The translations under genes were made by a program, and so were the position numbers. DNA of 64,000 nucleotides from a virus (lineage: Duplodnaviria > Caudoviricetes): positions 7,584 through 71,583 of the IMG/VR virus record IMGVR_UViG_3300014204_007706; one strand, given 5' to 3'. The notes beneath the pieces were generated by a model. That model saw only the letters and a program-made list of their open reading frames with translations, did not search any database and had not been told where the DNA came from. Below are positions 10,314-20,046 of this stretch, in pieces. Each line of letters begins with the position of its first letter. Within the stretch, counting starts at the first letter, position 1.

Positions 10314-11486
10314 TTATTCCTTATCTTCTTCAGATGCTTCTGATACGTCCGGAACGTTCGCACTTACTGGTACTTGTGCGTCTGTCACAGGCGTAGTAGC
10401 TTTAGCTTCTGCACTAAGAACGTCGCGTGCAAATTTTACTGCTGCGTCGTATGCTACAGAGTCATTACGAAACGCATCCATCAAGTTTTCCAAACCCTGG
10501 TATTTCTGGCTGGCATAGGTGTAAAATGCGCCGGCGCGTACAATATGACCGGTAGAAAGCAAGAAGTTTACAACATCGTAAATCCTGTCCAGGCCTTTAT
10601 TGTACTCTATCCTAAATGTAGCGTTTGTGAAATTTGCCCCACCGCGGTGCTTAGTAATCTGGGCGTCAATCTCTACTCCCTTAACCGTGTCTCCATCTTT
10701 TAAAAGCTTAGATGAGTTAGCCTTAAGGAACTTTACCCTTGAGTGATAAATGTGTTTTAAGTTTCTGCCCCCAGGTGTACGCAGCATAGGTACGTAGCCG
10801 CCTATGACGTCGCGAACCTGGTTGATAACTATCAGGGAGACATTGTTGCGCTTAAGAACTTTCGAAATACGGGGGATAATTCTTTGGAGAACTCCTGGTA
10901 CTGAGGCGTACTTTGGGGCGCCCATTTCTGAGCCCATTACGTCAAGCGTCGTAACATTTGCAATACTGTCTATCACAACCATATTGACAATGTGTGACTC
11001 TGCATATGTCTCAATTATCTTAAACATGTCCTCAACAACATTGCAATCTGACACCATCAGTCGGTCTGTTTGAATCCCAAGATTTACTGCTCTCTTAGGG
11101 TCATATGAGGACTCTGTGTCAAATAATAAACATCTGCCACCGTTCTTTTGCATCTCGGCGACGGCTAACTGCGATACCAGTGACTTACCGGTGAATTCCT
11201 CACCGTAAAGCTCTGTAATACGTCCCGCAGGTAAACCACCGGACAAAGCACGGTCAAGCGCGAGTATCCCTGTAGAGTACAAAGGTATTGCTAAGTCTTG
11301 GGATCCTGTTGCTGAGTCGTCGTCTAGTACTGGGAGGGTTTTTGGATCAATTATCTTTTCAAGTTTCTTATTTGCTTCTTCCATTTTCTTACGCAAATCT
11401 TCATCTACAGATTTTGTTACCTGTGCCCGTTGTTCTGGTGCAGAGGGTAAACTTGTGCTATGTGTTGTTTTTTTCTTAGCTGCCAT
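10314..11486 (-). CDS. recA: RecA/UvsX-like recombinase
   Basis: STGILALDRALSGGLPAGRITELYG, Walker A GEEFTGKS, VVIDSIA, INQVR, TPGGRNLKH. Confidence 0.95.
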   Translation of the reverse strand: MAAKKKTTHSTSLPSAPEQRAQVTKSVDEDLRKKMEEANKKLEKIIDPKTLPVLDDDSATGSQDLAIPLYSTGILALDRALSGGLPAGRITELYGEEFTGKSLVSQLAVAEMQKNGGRCLLFDTESSYDPKRAVNLGIQTDRLMVSDCNVVEDMFKIIETYAESHIVNMVVIDSIANVTTLDVMGSEMGAPKYASVPGVLQRIIPRISKVLKRNNVSLIVINQVRDVIGGYVPMLRTPGGRNLKHIYHSRVKFLKANSSKLLKDGDTVKGVEIDAQITKHRGGANFTNATFRIEYNKGLDRIYDVVNFLLSTGHIVRAGAFYTYASQKYQGLENLMDAFRNDSVAYDAAVKFARDVLSAEAKATTPVTDAQVPVSANVPDVSEASEEDKE

Positions 11487-11495
11487 AAAGGCTCC

Positions 11496-11789
11496 TTAAA
11501 TTTTACTTAAATTACGTCCGCGACACATATCCCATTCAGCCATAGTTCGATGGCCTTGGTTCCGTGCGCATGCGATGCACTCAGTAGTCTTAACGTGGGT
11601 GTTCTTTACAGCACAGTGTCCTGCAACAGTCTTAAAAGCTTCAGGATACTTCGCTACATATTCCTCCACAAAACGTTTACGTGCATCGTTGGACATTGTT
11701 CGATATACTTCAGCTTCTTCAGCAGACATGTGCCCCATGTCAATAATCATTCCCTGTCCTACGATCCAACCCTGCATTAAATGACCCAT
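11496..11789 (-). CDS. Hypothetical Cys/His-containing protein
   Basis: 97-aa ORF packed between recA and the resolvase. Confidence 0.55.
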   Translation of the reverse strand: MGHLMQGWIVGQGMIIDMGHMSAEEAEVYRTMSNDARKRFVEEYVAKYPEAFKTVAGHCAVKNTHVKTTECIACARNQGHRTMAEWDMCRGRNLSKI

Positions 11790-12262
11790 GCGGCGTCCAC
11801 CTTTTTCATTGTAAATGGTACAGTTGCTGCTGCGATTGCATCTGTTACGTCATTTGATACGTTCGTTAATTTGTGCTTAGTACAAATATACTTGTAAATG
11901 TCATCCTTGTCAACTTTCGTTCCGGGAAAAATTGCAGAACGTATCGTAGCGGGCATAAGCAGATAAAGTTTAGAACTTGAGCTGTGCAATCTGCATGCTA
12001 AGATAGCAGCGCCGCTATATCGTGCGAGAATCTTTAGAGTCTTAATATTTTTTCCAAAGAATACGTCCTCAATCACAATATAGTCGAAGGGTCCATGAAG
12101 TTCAACGATGCTTTTTATAAGCTCGCTAAACATCATAAGATTATCACCCAGACGCTTCTTCTTATCGAAATTCAGATTGGTGTGGTAAACTACGAGGGGG
12201 CCGTCCGAAAGGACGGCTACCCCCGTAGAAGTTTGTGATATGTCAAGCCCTAAGACGCGCAT
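11777..12262 (-). CDS. ruvC: RuvC-like Holliday junction resolvase
   Basis: VLGLDISQTSTG, IVIEDVFFGKN, DVTDAIA acidic RNase-H-fold motifs. Confidence 0.85.
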   Translation of the reverse strand: MRVLGLDISQTSTGVAVLSDGPLVVYHTNLNFDKKKRLGDNLMMFSELIKSIVELHGPFDYIVIEDVFFGKNIKTLKILARYSGAAILACRLHSSSSKLYLLMPATIRSAIFPGTKVDKDDIYKYICTKHKLTNVSNDVTDAIAAATVPFTMKKVDAAWVI

Positions 12263-13155
12263 TACACTTTAGGAGCTGGTGGCATGAACTGCTGAAACAT
12301 ATTGTCGTTAACAGCGTTCGGTGCCGGAGTCTGAGGAGCCATCTGGACTTGGGGCGCCGGAGGAACATACTGTGAAGCTTGCCCTCCTGACTGTACTGTT
12401 ACACCAGGAGCCGGATAAGACGCTGTTGCTCCGGGAACCTGTACTGCAGGCGCCTGAGGAGCTGGTGGCACATAGCTCTGCGCCGGGTAGCTTGCTGCCG
12501 GCGGCACATATTGTGTGCCTGTAGGAACCTGCTGGGGAACGTAGTTCCCGGGTGACTGAGGAGCAGGCGGCATCATTACTCCAGGCGGAAGTGCTGCCGG
12601 AGCAGGAGCGGATGCCTGCTTTGACGGAAGGGGAGTGCCGTTCAAGATCGCCATGGCCTCTTCGTTTGAATGTGGCCTTGCATATTTCTTGTAATCGACT
12701 GTCTCAAAAAACTTCCTTATTTCTTGCTGATCAATTGCAGAAAGAGCTGTAGGAAGGTTTGGTATTACCTGGTAATCTGTTTTCTTTCCAACGGTAGTCT
12801 GTTTAATTGAAAGATCGTAGTTCACCGGATCTCCCCATTCGCCTTCTTTTAATGCGCGAATCTGGCCGACAACGATCTGCGGCACGTCCATAAGCTTCAT
12901 CTTTCCTGTCTTTCTGTCGAGCACAGGAAACAATGCACGCACTCTTGGTTTGTCACCCATCGCACATATCGGACATATGGTCGCTCCAGGACATCTTACA
13001 GTAACGTCCTTACCTACGCGGCCTCTCGTCCAATGTCTCTCAAAAAACTCGGGCTCTCCTACAACCCTAACTCTTAACTCGTCCTTCAAGTTAAGAAACA
13101 GGGATTCTCTTGGTCCACTTGGTGCTTGTGTTGATCTCGGGTCATTCCATGCCAT
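12262..13155 (-). CDS. gp32-like single-stranded DNA-binding protein with Pro/Gln/Ala-rich tail
   Basis: VRVVG...ERHW...CPGATICPIC...GDPVNYDLSIKQT pattern of phage gp32-type SSBs; sits between resolvase and polymerase. Confidence 0.75.
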   Translation of the reverse strand: MAWNDPRSTQAPSGPRESLFLNLKDELRVRVVGEPEFFERHWTRGRVGKDVTVRCPGATICPICAMGDKPRVRALFPVLDRKTGKMKLMDVPQIVVGQIRALKEGEWGDPVNYDLSIKQTTVGKKTDYQVIPNLPTALSAIDQQEIRKFFETVDYKKYARPHSNEEAMAILNGTPLPSKQASAPAPAALPPGVMMPPAPQSPGNYVPQQVPTGTQYVPPAASYPAQSYVPPAPQAPAVQVPGATASYPAPGVTVQSGGQASQYVPPAPQVQMAPQTPAPNAVNDNMFQQFMPPAPKV

Positions 13156-13226
13156 AATCTTAGTACCTCCAAAATTTTTAACGCCTCATTAACGGCTCAA
13201 AGGCCTCACGGGCGTATAACCAAAAC

Positions 13227-15791
13227 TTACCCAGCCACCTCCACTTTCGATCGAATAGGAAACTTCGATACAAATTCCTTCGGTATAGCTGATAGGTCCC
13301 GAAGTTTGATTCCCAGATTCTTTTTAAGGAACCTTGCCTGGTGCAAGGCGGGGACGTGCGTAGGTTCCATCTTCTCGCCGTATTTCTGCTCGAGAGTTTT
13401 CCAGTCAAACCATCTGTCATTAACATACTGCTCAACGAGAACTGGAAGCTGAAGCACCTGTTCAGCCATGGAACGCATAGTATCGTGAATAATCTTAGCT
13501 GCCTGTAAAACCTGGTCTTTACGAACTTCATAGCAAAGTTCGTCATGCACGGTAAGAACTAATTTAGCGTCAAGACCTAGGCGCTCAAATATCAAATAAA
13601 TCTGTACGGCGCTGGCGTTGGTAATTTCCGCGGCGGTACCTTGAATAGGGCTGTTCAAAGCCGTTCTTTCAGCCTCACCGCGAATATATGCATCTGGGGA
13701 GTCTATATCAACTATGTGATGAACCCGGCCAAAATGATTCTTTACAAATTTGTGTTCATGTACAAAAGCTTTAATATACTCCTGGAACGCATAAACTCCG
13801 GCGTATTTCGTCAAATACTTATCAATGTACTCCTGGGCCATGTACTCGTCAGTACCGATCTGCTTTGAAAGTGACTGCGCCTGAATACCATAGCAAATAC
13901 CAAAGTTAATAGCCTTAGCCATACGGCGGATATCCTTTGTAACCCTCTGACCGGGCGCAACGTTAAACACTTCGCGAGCAACCTGGTCGTGAATATCTTC
14001 GTTGGTCCAGTACGCCTGCAAAAGCTTTGGGTCCTGCGAGAACTTGGCAAGAACGCGCAGCTCAATCTGTGAAAAGTCTGAAGACACAAGTGCATAGCCA
14101 TCTCTGGCCATGTAAACCCGACGGAAAGCCTGCTTAGCAGGAATATTTTGCATATTGGGACCTGACGAGCTAAGTCTCCCAGTACCAGTACCGTGTATGT
14201 TAAAGTTGCCACGTAAGACATCATCTGGACTCAGCTTTTCCAAAACGCCCGTCACATAAGTAGAACGCATCTTCACCAGGTGGGAGTGCTCAACCAGCTT
14301 TGCTGCTATGGGATGATCCAGTTTTTCCAAAACTTCCTTCGCCGTAGAAGGAACATCACTCTTTGCTTTCTTCTTTTTTCTGGGTTTAGGCAGTCCAAGC
14401 TTTTCAAATAGGATCCTAGCCTTCTGCGGACCGGAATTCAAATTAAACTCTTCACCAGCTATTTCCCAAATTTCTTTCTGTAAAGATGCTTTCTGGTTAT
14501 CCAGTTTTATACCCAATTCTTCTGCGCCAGCGCGGTCAACTTTTATACCGTGGTATTCTGCCTGTGCAATAGGAACTGTAAGTGGCTGCTCATTACAAAA
14601 AAGCAACCCTAATAGTTTCTTTTCCTCTAACTCTTTGTAAAAAATGTGAAACAAGCGTAATGCCGCGTCAGCGTCAGATGCACCATAGCGATACATAATG
14701 TCTTTTGGAACTTGTCCATAGTTCGACACGCCGTTCATGTTCTTGTATGCTTCGAGCTCACCTTCGTAGTAGGCCAAGTCCTGAAATCTCCGCGCTAAAG
14801 GTTTAAGTCCATGAGGTGGCTCTTGCCACAAAATATGATGTGCTAACATAGTGTCAAAATAAAAATTCGTGCCGACAGACCCATCAGGACGTGTGTAAAA
14901 CTTAAGAACATCAATATCCCACTTCTTTTTTATAAAATTAGCGTCAAACTTACCATTATGCATTATTAATTTTGTGCCAGGATTGGTAAGTAGTTTTTTT
15001 AGTTCTGAAATAGTGTATGCTTCAGTAGATGCATCTAAAATCTTGGCGCTGCCAGCAAACAGTGGAACATAGTATCCTGTATATTCGGACGCTGTAAAGG
15101 AAAAACCTATAATATCATCACGTGCGATATTTGGGTCCTCGTCCCTAAGTGGAGTATTTGTTTCAATGTCAAAAGCCAAAAATTCCTGGCCCTGAACTGC
15201 CTCAAATGCTGCTTGGATTTTATCCTTCGTATCACAACAGTAATAGGTGCCTTGGCGTATTTCATTCTTTAGGTAGCTGCGGACAAATACAAAATCGCGA
15301 AAAAACGTCTCTTTGAGCATAGGGTTTCGTAGTATTGCTGCCGGATGAAAAATCGGTATATATGTACGGTTAGCCTTATCTTTAATGACAGTGCCCCTCT
15401 TCTCTGTTATACCTTTTTGTTTTAAAACAGACTGTAGCGCAGTAGCTCCTAGTAAAATTACAAGCTTCAGGTTAGGCATTTCCTCAATAACTTTAAGTAC
15501 ATGATCGCGGCAAGCATCCATTTCTTCTTTCTTCGGCTGCCTATTCTGTGGAGGACGACACATAACAGCGTTAGTAATGTAAATGTCAGAAACGGATAAG
15601 TTTGCGGCGTCTAAAGCCTGTCTTAAAATCTGTCCTGACGGTCCCACAAAAGGTTTACCTTGCTCGTCTTCCATTTCACCAGGAGCTTCACCAACAATAA
15701 GTATCTCACCCAGCATATTGCCCGCGGGTGTTACAAAGTTTTTCTTTGTTTTACATAGTATACACTTCTCACACAAAAAAGGTTCTGACAT
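13227..15791 (-). CDS. polA: Family-4 uracil-DNA glycosylase fused to 3'-5' exonuclease and family A DNA polymerase
   Basis: N-term CEKC, IVGEAPG, PFVGPSG, NAVMCRP, FHPAAILR (UDG); AFDIET, HNGKFD, DTML (exo); TGRLSSSGPNMQNIP, DFSQIELR, RRMAKAINFGICYG, LTVHDEL (PolA). Confidence 0.95.
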   Translation of the reverse strand: MSEPFLCEKCILCKTKKNFVTPAGNMLGEILIVGEAPGEMEDEQGKPFVGPSGQILRQALDAANLSVSDIYITNAVMCRPPQNRQPKKEEMDACRDHVLKVIEEMPNLKLVILLGATALQSVLKQKGITEKRGTVIKDKANRTYIPIFHPAAILRNPMLKETFFRDFVFVRSYLKNEIRQGTYYCCDTKDKIQAAFEAVQGQEFLAFDIETNTPLRDEDPNIARDDIIGFSFTASEYTGYYVPLFAGSAKILDASTEAYTISELKKLLTNPGTKLIMHNGKFDANFIKKKWDIDVLKFYTRPDGSVGTNFYFDTMLAHHILWQEPPHGLKPLARRFQDLAYYEGELEAYKNMNGVSNYGQVPKDIMYRYGASDADAALRLFHIFYKELEEKKLLGLLFCNEQPLTVPIAQAEYHGIKVDRAGAEELGIKLDNQKASLQKEIWEIAGEEFNLNSGPQKARILFEKLGLPKPRKKKKAKSDVPSTAKEVLEKLDHPIAAKLVEHSHLVKMRSTYVTGVLEKLSPDDVLRGNFNIHGTGTGRLSSSGPNMQNIPAKQAFRRVYMARDGYALVSSDFSQIELRVLAKFSQDPKLLQAYWTNEDIHDQVAREVFNVAPGQRVTKDIRRMAKAINFGICYGIQAQSLSKQIGTDEYMAQEYIDKYLTKYAGVYAFQEYIKAFVHEHKFVKNHFGRVHHIVDIDSPDAYIRGEAERTALNSPIQGTAAEITNASAVQIYLIFERLGLDAKLVLTVHDELCYEVRKDQVLQAAKIIHDTMRSMAEQVLQLPVLVEQYVNDRWFDWKTLEQKYGEKMEPTHVPALHQARFLKKNLGIKLRDLSAIPKEFVSKFPIRSKVEVAG

Positions 15792-15803
15792 ATGCGCTCC
15801 AAT

Positions 15804-16064
15804 CTAAATATCTAGGATTTTTTCAACCTTAACGATTACGCGCTGAGCTGTTCCAAAACGTGGATTTTCCACAATAATTTTTTTGTCTGCAATCATCTGT
15901 AACTGCTCTTCTGTGATATTACCGGCCACAACTATAGGGTAGCGTGCACCACGGTGTAACGGGTCATTGCCCACCCAGTCAATAATAAAGTAGTTGCCAT
16001 CTTTAATTTTTTCATCATACTCTTTTGGTACATTTGCCGCAAACTGTCCGGACTGTACAAACAT
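15804..16064 (-). CDS. Hypothetical protein
   Basis: 86-aa ORF with GGAGG RBS. Confidence 0.6.
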   Translation of the reverse strand: MFVQSGQFAANVPKEYDEKIKDGNYFIIDWVGNDPLHRGARYPIVVAGNITEEQLQMIADKKIIVENPRFGTAQRVIVKVEKILDI

Positions 16065-16072
16065 GGTTCCTC

Positions 16073-16948
16073 CTACAGGGTTATCTGCTCGCCGGCGTAA
16101 GTCCCGGGCAGCATTTTTATTTTTACGTCTTGTGCTAGTTTGTAAGAAAAGAAATTTGCGTCATCTTTTGTAAGGTATATTCCACCTGGGTTCATGATTA
16201 TCATATCCGGGAAATAGAACGATATGAGCCTGCGTAGCTCAATCAGCATGAATAAGTGGGATTGATACAAAGGGTTGTCAAAATAGTACTGCTCAACTGT
16301 TTGACATGGTACAGTAAAAGATTCGTACGGAACAAACGCCACAACAAAAATACCGATGGAGTTTAAGTATTCGATATAGCGTGGGTCCACGGGATCGCCA
16401 AAAAATATAGCCTTCTTTTCCATCCGCATGTCCCAGGGTGTGTCAAACTTCATAATGTGCTGGATAAGCGTGTCTGCTGAAGTTTTATTTATATCAGAGA
16501 GCAGCAGCATAGCATTATAATAGTCCTTTTGTGGCATGTTATCTTTATTGCGCGTAAGTATATCCCGCACGGAGTTTGCCGAGTCAATCCATGTACGAAC
16601 ACCGGGTTTACCTCCAAGCTGAATAAATAAATTCTTTAAGGTTCGAAATATCTCCGTATCTGAAGACACATAGGGTGGGTCATATACTAAGAGATTTTGT
16701 AAGTTGTCTTTTGAGTTTAGCTCCTCCCACACGTACGGAATTAGATCTTTATTCTTCACAGTGTTAAGCAAAAACTTATCACCTTTTTCTAAACGAAAAG
16801 ATTTAAGGAACTGAATTACGTCCTGTTTAAGATTACCTGTCTGAACGCCTTTTGTCATCACAAGGTTAATAATATCCGTGATAGCATATTGTCGACTAAT
16901 AACTTCAATAGGTTGATAACCGATAGTATAAATCGTGGGGGCTGGCAC
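16073..16948 (-). CDS. Hypothetical protein
   Basis: 291-aa ORF; start overlaps upstream stop. Confidence 0.65.
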   Translation of the reverse strand: MPAPTIYTIGYQPIEVISRQYAITDIINLVMTKGVQTGNLKQDVIQFLKSFRLEKGDKFLLNTVKNKDLIPYVWEELNSKDNLQNLLVYDPPYVSSDTEIFRTLKNLFIQLGGKPGVRTWIDSANSVRDILTRNKDNMPQKDYYNAMLLLSDINKTSADTLIQHIMKFDTPWDMRMEKKAIFFGDPVDPRYIEYLNSIGIFVVAFVPYESFTVPCQTVEQYYFDNPLYQSHLFMLIELRRLISFYFPDMIIMNPGGIYLTKDDANFFSYKLAQDVKIKMLPGTYAGEQITL

Positions 16949-18042
16949 TATTTCACCACCTCGCTTGGCTGCATAACAGCCGAAATATCTGAAATCATAA
17001 CTTTAGAAGTCGCCGGATTAGATACCCTTGGTAAAGTCACAGGTCTACCCATAGTATCGTGTACAGTATGACCGGAATTAAGAATATTGGCCACGCTGCT
17101 GGCGGTACTGCCACCAGACCCGGAACTTGCCGCCTGTGAAAGCGCCGGGGCAACAGCCTGGTTAAGAATATTACCACTACTTAAGTCTGCGATAACCTGA
17201 CTTGCTTCTGCGGCAGCTTCTGCTGCAGCTTTAGCGTCTAAGGCAGCATAACGCTCTTCTTCTTGGGCAGAGTAAGAGATTCCTTTCTTCGCTGCTTCAC
17301 GCATAGCCTTAACCTGCTCATTGGAAACAAAGGTCATACCAGGAACTTTCTCGGTAAACTGGTCACCTTTATTTGGATTTCCAATCTTAGTAATAGGCAT
17401 GATTGGCAAAGCTCCCGGAGTTTTAAAAAGCTCCAGGTCCGCCGGTGTTAAGTGTACATTTGTCGGGGTGTCTGTGGCGATTAGTCCATGCTGGTTTACT
17501 ATTAGAGCCACCCTATCTGGGTCGTCTCCTACACCTTTGACTGCCGGACGTATAATTTTTTTTGCCACAGGAGCTGCACCAGCTGACGGAGCTGCCGGGA
17601 CGAACGCCGGGTCATTTAAAAGTGCCGGATCAATTGTGATTTCCCCCGAGACTTCTGTAGTACTTCCTGTATTTACCGGAGCCGGACTTTCTACCTGGTA
17701 CGGTGGGTGTGTTAAACCAGGGGCGTGCGCAGTTATAGGAACCTGCTGCGGTTGGGTAGCACGGAGTGTCATAGCGTCAGACATGTCCTCTTCCACAATA
17801 ATCACAGGAAGGTCCTCAAAGCCTGACAGCTTTTTAAAGTACTCTTCAGATAAAAGCATCAGGTGCTTTCCGGAGAGGGGTAGTTGTAACCGGCGTGTTG
17901 TTTCCATAAAATCAAGAACTCCTGCAGCCTTTGCTGTGTTTATTGATTTGCCACATCCCGGACACTCACCTTTCGCCATTGCGTGTTCCATCTCAGATGA
18001 AAGTTTGAACTGGCACTCCGGACATTTAATATAAAATTTCAT
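16948..18042 (-). CDS. Hypothetical protein, N-terminal Zn-ribbon and low-complexity C-terminal part
   Basis: CPECQ...CPGCG at N-terminus; Pro/Ala-rich downstream. Confidence 0.65.
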   Translation of the reverse strand: MKFYIKCPECQFKLSSEMEHAMAKGECPGCGKSINTAKAAGVLDFMETTRRLQLPLSGKHLMLLSEEYFKKLSGFEDLPVIIVEEDMSDAMTLRATQPQQVPITAHAPGLTHPPYQVESPAPVNTGSTTEVSGEITIDPALLNDPAFVPAAPSAGAAPVAKKIIRPAVKGVGDDPDRVALIVNQHGLIATDTPTNVHLTPADLELFKTPGALPIMPITKIGNPNKGDQFTEKVPGMTFVSNEQVKAMREAAKKGISYSAQEEERYAALDAKAAAEAAAEASQVIADLSSGNILNQAVAPALSQAASSGSGGSTASSVANILNSGHTVHDTMGRPVTLPRVSNPATSKVMISDISAVMQPSEVVK

Positions 18043-18044
18043 AT

Positions 18045-18521
18045 TTAGTTTTCCCCTTTTGGAGTGATCTTTTCAACTTCCTCAAGACCTTCGGTGTTTT
18101 CTTTTCCCACGGTAAGAATAAGTTCTTGCTTGGCGGCCGCTAAGTCCTTTTCTATATTGCAGGATATGCCGTCTTTTTTTACCTCTGCTGCGCGAACCTC
18201 GAGCTCATTTAAAATCCCTTCTGGTAGCTCGCGCTTCGTAATGCGTAGCCACGCTGCAGCGCCCAACGCTTGTCTGTACTTGCGTAAAGATATAGGGCAC
18301 TTAGCAGTCAGGCGTTTGTCATAATAAATCTGAAATTTTCGCGTGAGCGTCTGCAGGACTGAGATAAGCCAGCCCACAAACCGCGTCCACATATCCAGCT
18401 TGGCCGCAAATACATTTACGCGAATCTTCATGCGAGCAATTTCAGCCTCGACCGCCTTGTTACGATCTTCCTTAGATACTTCTACAGTGATGTTCTCGTG
18501 ATTGTGTTCTTTCTGTGCCAT
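18045..18521 (-). CDS. Hypothetical protein
   Basis: 158-aa ORF, AAGGAGG RBS, downstream of a TTGTCGTATAAT motif. Confidence 0.65.
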   Translation of the reverse strand: MAQKEHNHENITVEVSKEDRNKAVEAEIARMKIRVNVFAAKLDMWTRFVGWLISVLQTLTRKFQIYYDKRLTAKCPISLRKYRQALGAAAWLRITKRELPEGILNELEVRAAEVKKDGISCNIEKDLAAAKQELILTVGKENTEGLEEVEKITPKGEN

Positions 18522-18543
18522 AAAGCCTCCTTAGTGGTCCCAA

Positions 18544-18559
18544 GTATATTATACGACAA
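18544..18559 (-). promoter_or_regulatory. Phage promoter-like motif TTGTCGTATAATATAC
   Basis: Reverse complement identical to plus-strand copies at 35702 and 40594. Confidence 0.7.
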
Positions 18560-19180
18560 TTATCCCTGGTTTATTTCTTCTGCTGTTAAATGCATGTATT
18601 GCTTGAGATCAGACTTCCACCAACCTTTCCAGATTAACCAAAATAAGTAATTGCCATGAACTCCCCATTTTGGATAGTACGTAGAGTCCGGTGAACCTGT
18701 CCAAGGTGTATAGCGGTACAGTACGGACGTGAATGCGCTTAGTGGAAACAGTGATAACTTTCCTCCGTCAACTAAAATAGGTGGTTGCGGGGTTTGTCCG
18801 GCCAGCTTTTCAAACCACATAGGCATGCGAGAGATAGCCGCAATATTTTGTTTATCAAAACCATAGTACTGTTCCTGGTCTCCATCGTCAGTCATACCAT
18901 AGCCGAGCGCCCGATTCATAATTTTTTCTGGCGGTAAGGTTATTTTGGAGACTAAGCTTTGTTCCTTTTGTAAGTTTACAAGGATGACTTTTGGGTTTAA
19001 ACCAGCAGCCTTGCACTGTGTGTCCAACCAGTCTGCGTAAAAAACATCATTGATTTTATAGTCTTTAAGAAAACTGTTCTTCTTTTGTAAAAATCCCTGA
19101 ACATCAACCTGCTGGTATGAAAATAAGGCGTCAGGCATTACGTCGTTTGAAACCCAGTGTGTGTAGTTAAGTTTTGACAT
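18560..19180 (-). CDS. Putative lysozyme-like cell-wall hydrolase
   Basis: LNPKVILVNLQKEQSLV...ALGYG...YYGFDKQ...LYRYTPW resembles a recalled lysozyme-like domain of cell-wall proteins; not verified. Confidence 0.5.
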   Translation of the reverse strand: MSKLNYTHWVSNDVMPDALFSYQQVDVQGFLQKKNSFLKDYKINDVFYADWLDTQCKAAGLNPKVILVNLQKEQSLVSKITLPPEKIMNRALGYGMTDDGDQEQYYGFDKQNIAAISRMPMWFEKLAGQTPQPPILVDGGKLSLFPLSAFTSVLYRYTPWTGSPDSTYYPKWGVHGNYLFWLIWKGWWKSDLKQYMHLTAEEINQG

Positions 19181-19730
19181 GATAGTTCTCCAAGATTCCT
19201 TTTTCGGTTAGTGTGCACGCGTAGGCGTACGTATCTAGCATAGAAACCACATGGTCTAAGTGCGCTTTGGTGTGTAGAAAGGGGTATTGGGTAAACACGT
19301 TGTGAACAAACGCGCAAGTAAATTTGTCCAGCCGATAGTGGCCAGCCTTAACAGCAGCACGGATGAAACTACGATACCGGTAGTAGTAATCATAAACCAG
19401 GGAAACATAAATAATCTGCCGGTTTGCATCTGTGTGTGATAGTTGTCTAAGAGCATTTAAAAAGTCGGCGTACTTTTGGCGCTGTATAAAGTTTGAAAGC
19501 TCCGGGTGGCTTAGCAAGACTGTAAGAACTTCAGAGGGACCTATCTGCTCCTTATCTCGTAAGCGCTTCAAAAAGTTATAAAAGCTTACCTGGAACCCTG
19601 TGGTATAGCGGGTACGCGCCTTCATTTGTTCTTTTTCACGTAACTGTTCCATTGCCATGGCAACAACGTCTCGCAATTCTTTTACCTCCGGGCTGGTACG
19701 GCCCGCTTTTCTGAACGACCAATAGCTCAT
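19167..19730 (-). CDS. Hypothetical protein
   Basis: 187-aa ORF with GGGAG RBS. Confidence 0.6.
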   Translation of the reverse strand: MSYWSFRKAGRTSPEVKELRDVVAMAMEQLREKEQMKARTRYTTGFQVSFYNFLKRLRDKEQIGPSEVLTVLLSHPELSNFIQRQKYADFLNALRQLSHTDANRQIIYVSLVYDYYYRYRSFIRAAVKAGHYRLDKFTCAFVHNVFTQYPFLHTKAHLDHVVSMLDTYAYACTLTEKGILENYHVKT

Positions 19731-19875
19731 TAAGTCTCCCTTCAGGTATGTAAAGTATGCCCCAGTTTTCGGCTGGTGTCAAGCCGCGGCCGGCGGCAAT
19801 AGCAGACCGCCTGACGGCTAGGTCATTTAAATCCACATTCAGTTTTTAAAAGTACTTCGTTTTTGAAGTTTCGCC

Positions 19876-20046
19876 TTACGTTCTTAGTTATGTCTTTTAC
19901 GTTCTTAGTTGTATTCTTAGTTCGTATGCCATTTTGACGTAACCATTACGTCATTTTGACGTAACCTCGGGATATCATTACGTCATTTTGACGTAACCTG
20001 CCTTTTGTAAGTTTTTTGTCAGTAAGTTATTCACAGGTTATCCACA
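19876..20046. repeat. Candidate replication origin: 14-bp direct repeats, three 19-bp palindromic repeats and two DnaA boxes
   Basis: TTACGTTCTTAGTT at 19876 and 19897; TTACGTCATTTTGACGTAA at 19946 and 19978 (imperfect at 19924); TTATTCACA 20027-35 and TTATCCACA 20038-46. Confidence 0.7.

Noticed and set aside
54-19836. Numerous short plus-strand ORFs and nested minus-strand ORFs (e.g. 633-1055, 6084-6440, 17321-18034, 19636-19836)
   Set aside because: Antisense or off-frame shadows of well-supported genes, with no RBS or motifs
19876-19998. CRISPR array
   Set aside because: Repeats are 14-19 bp with 3-13 nt gaps, no unique ~30-nt spacers and no cas genes; fits iterons/operators
19826-20033. 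Frameshift or readthrough extending the HTH gene through the iterons (lambda O-like initiator)
   Set aside because: Stop codons interrupt all three minus-strand frames across the repeat region
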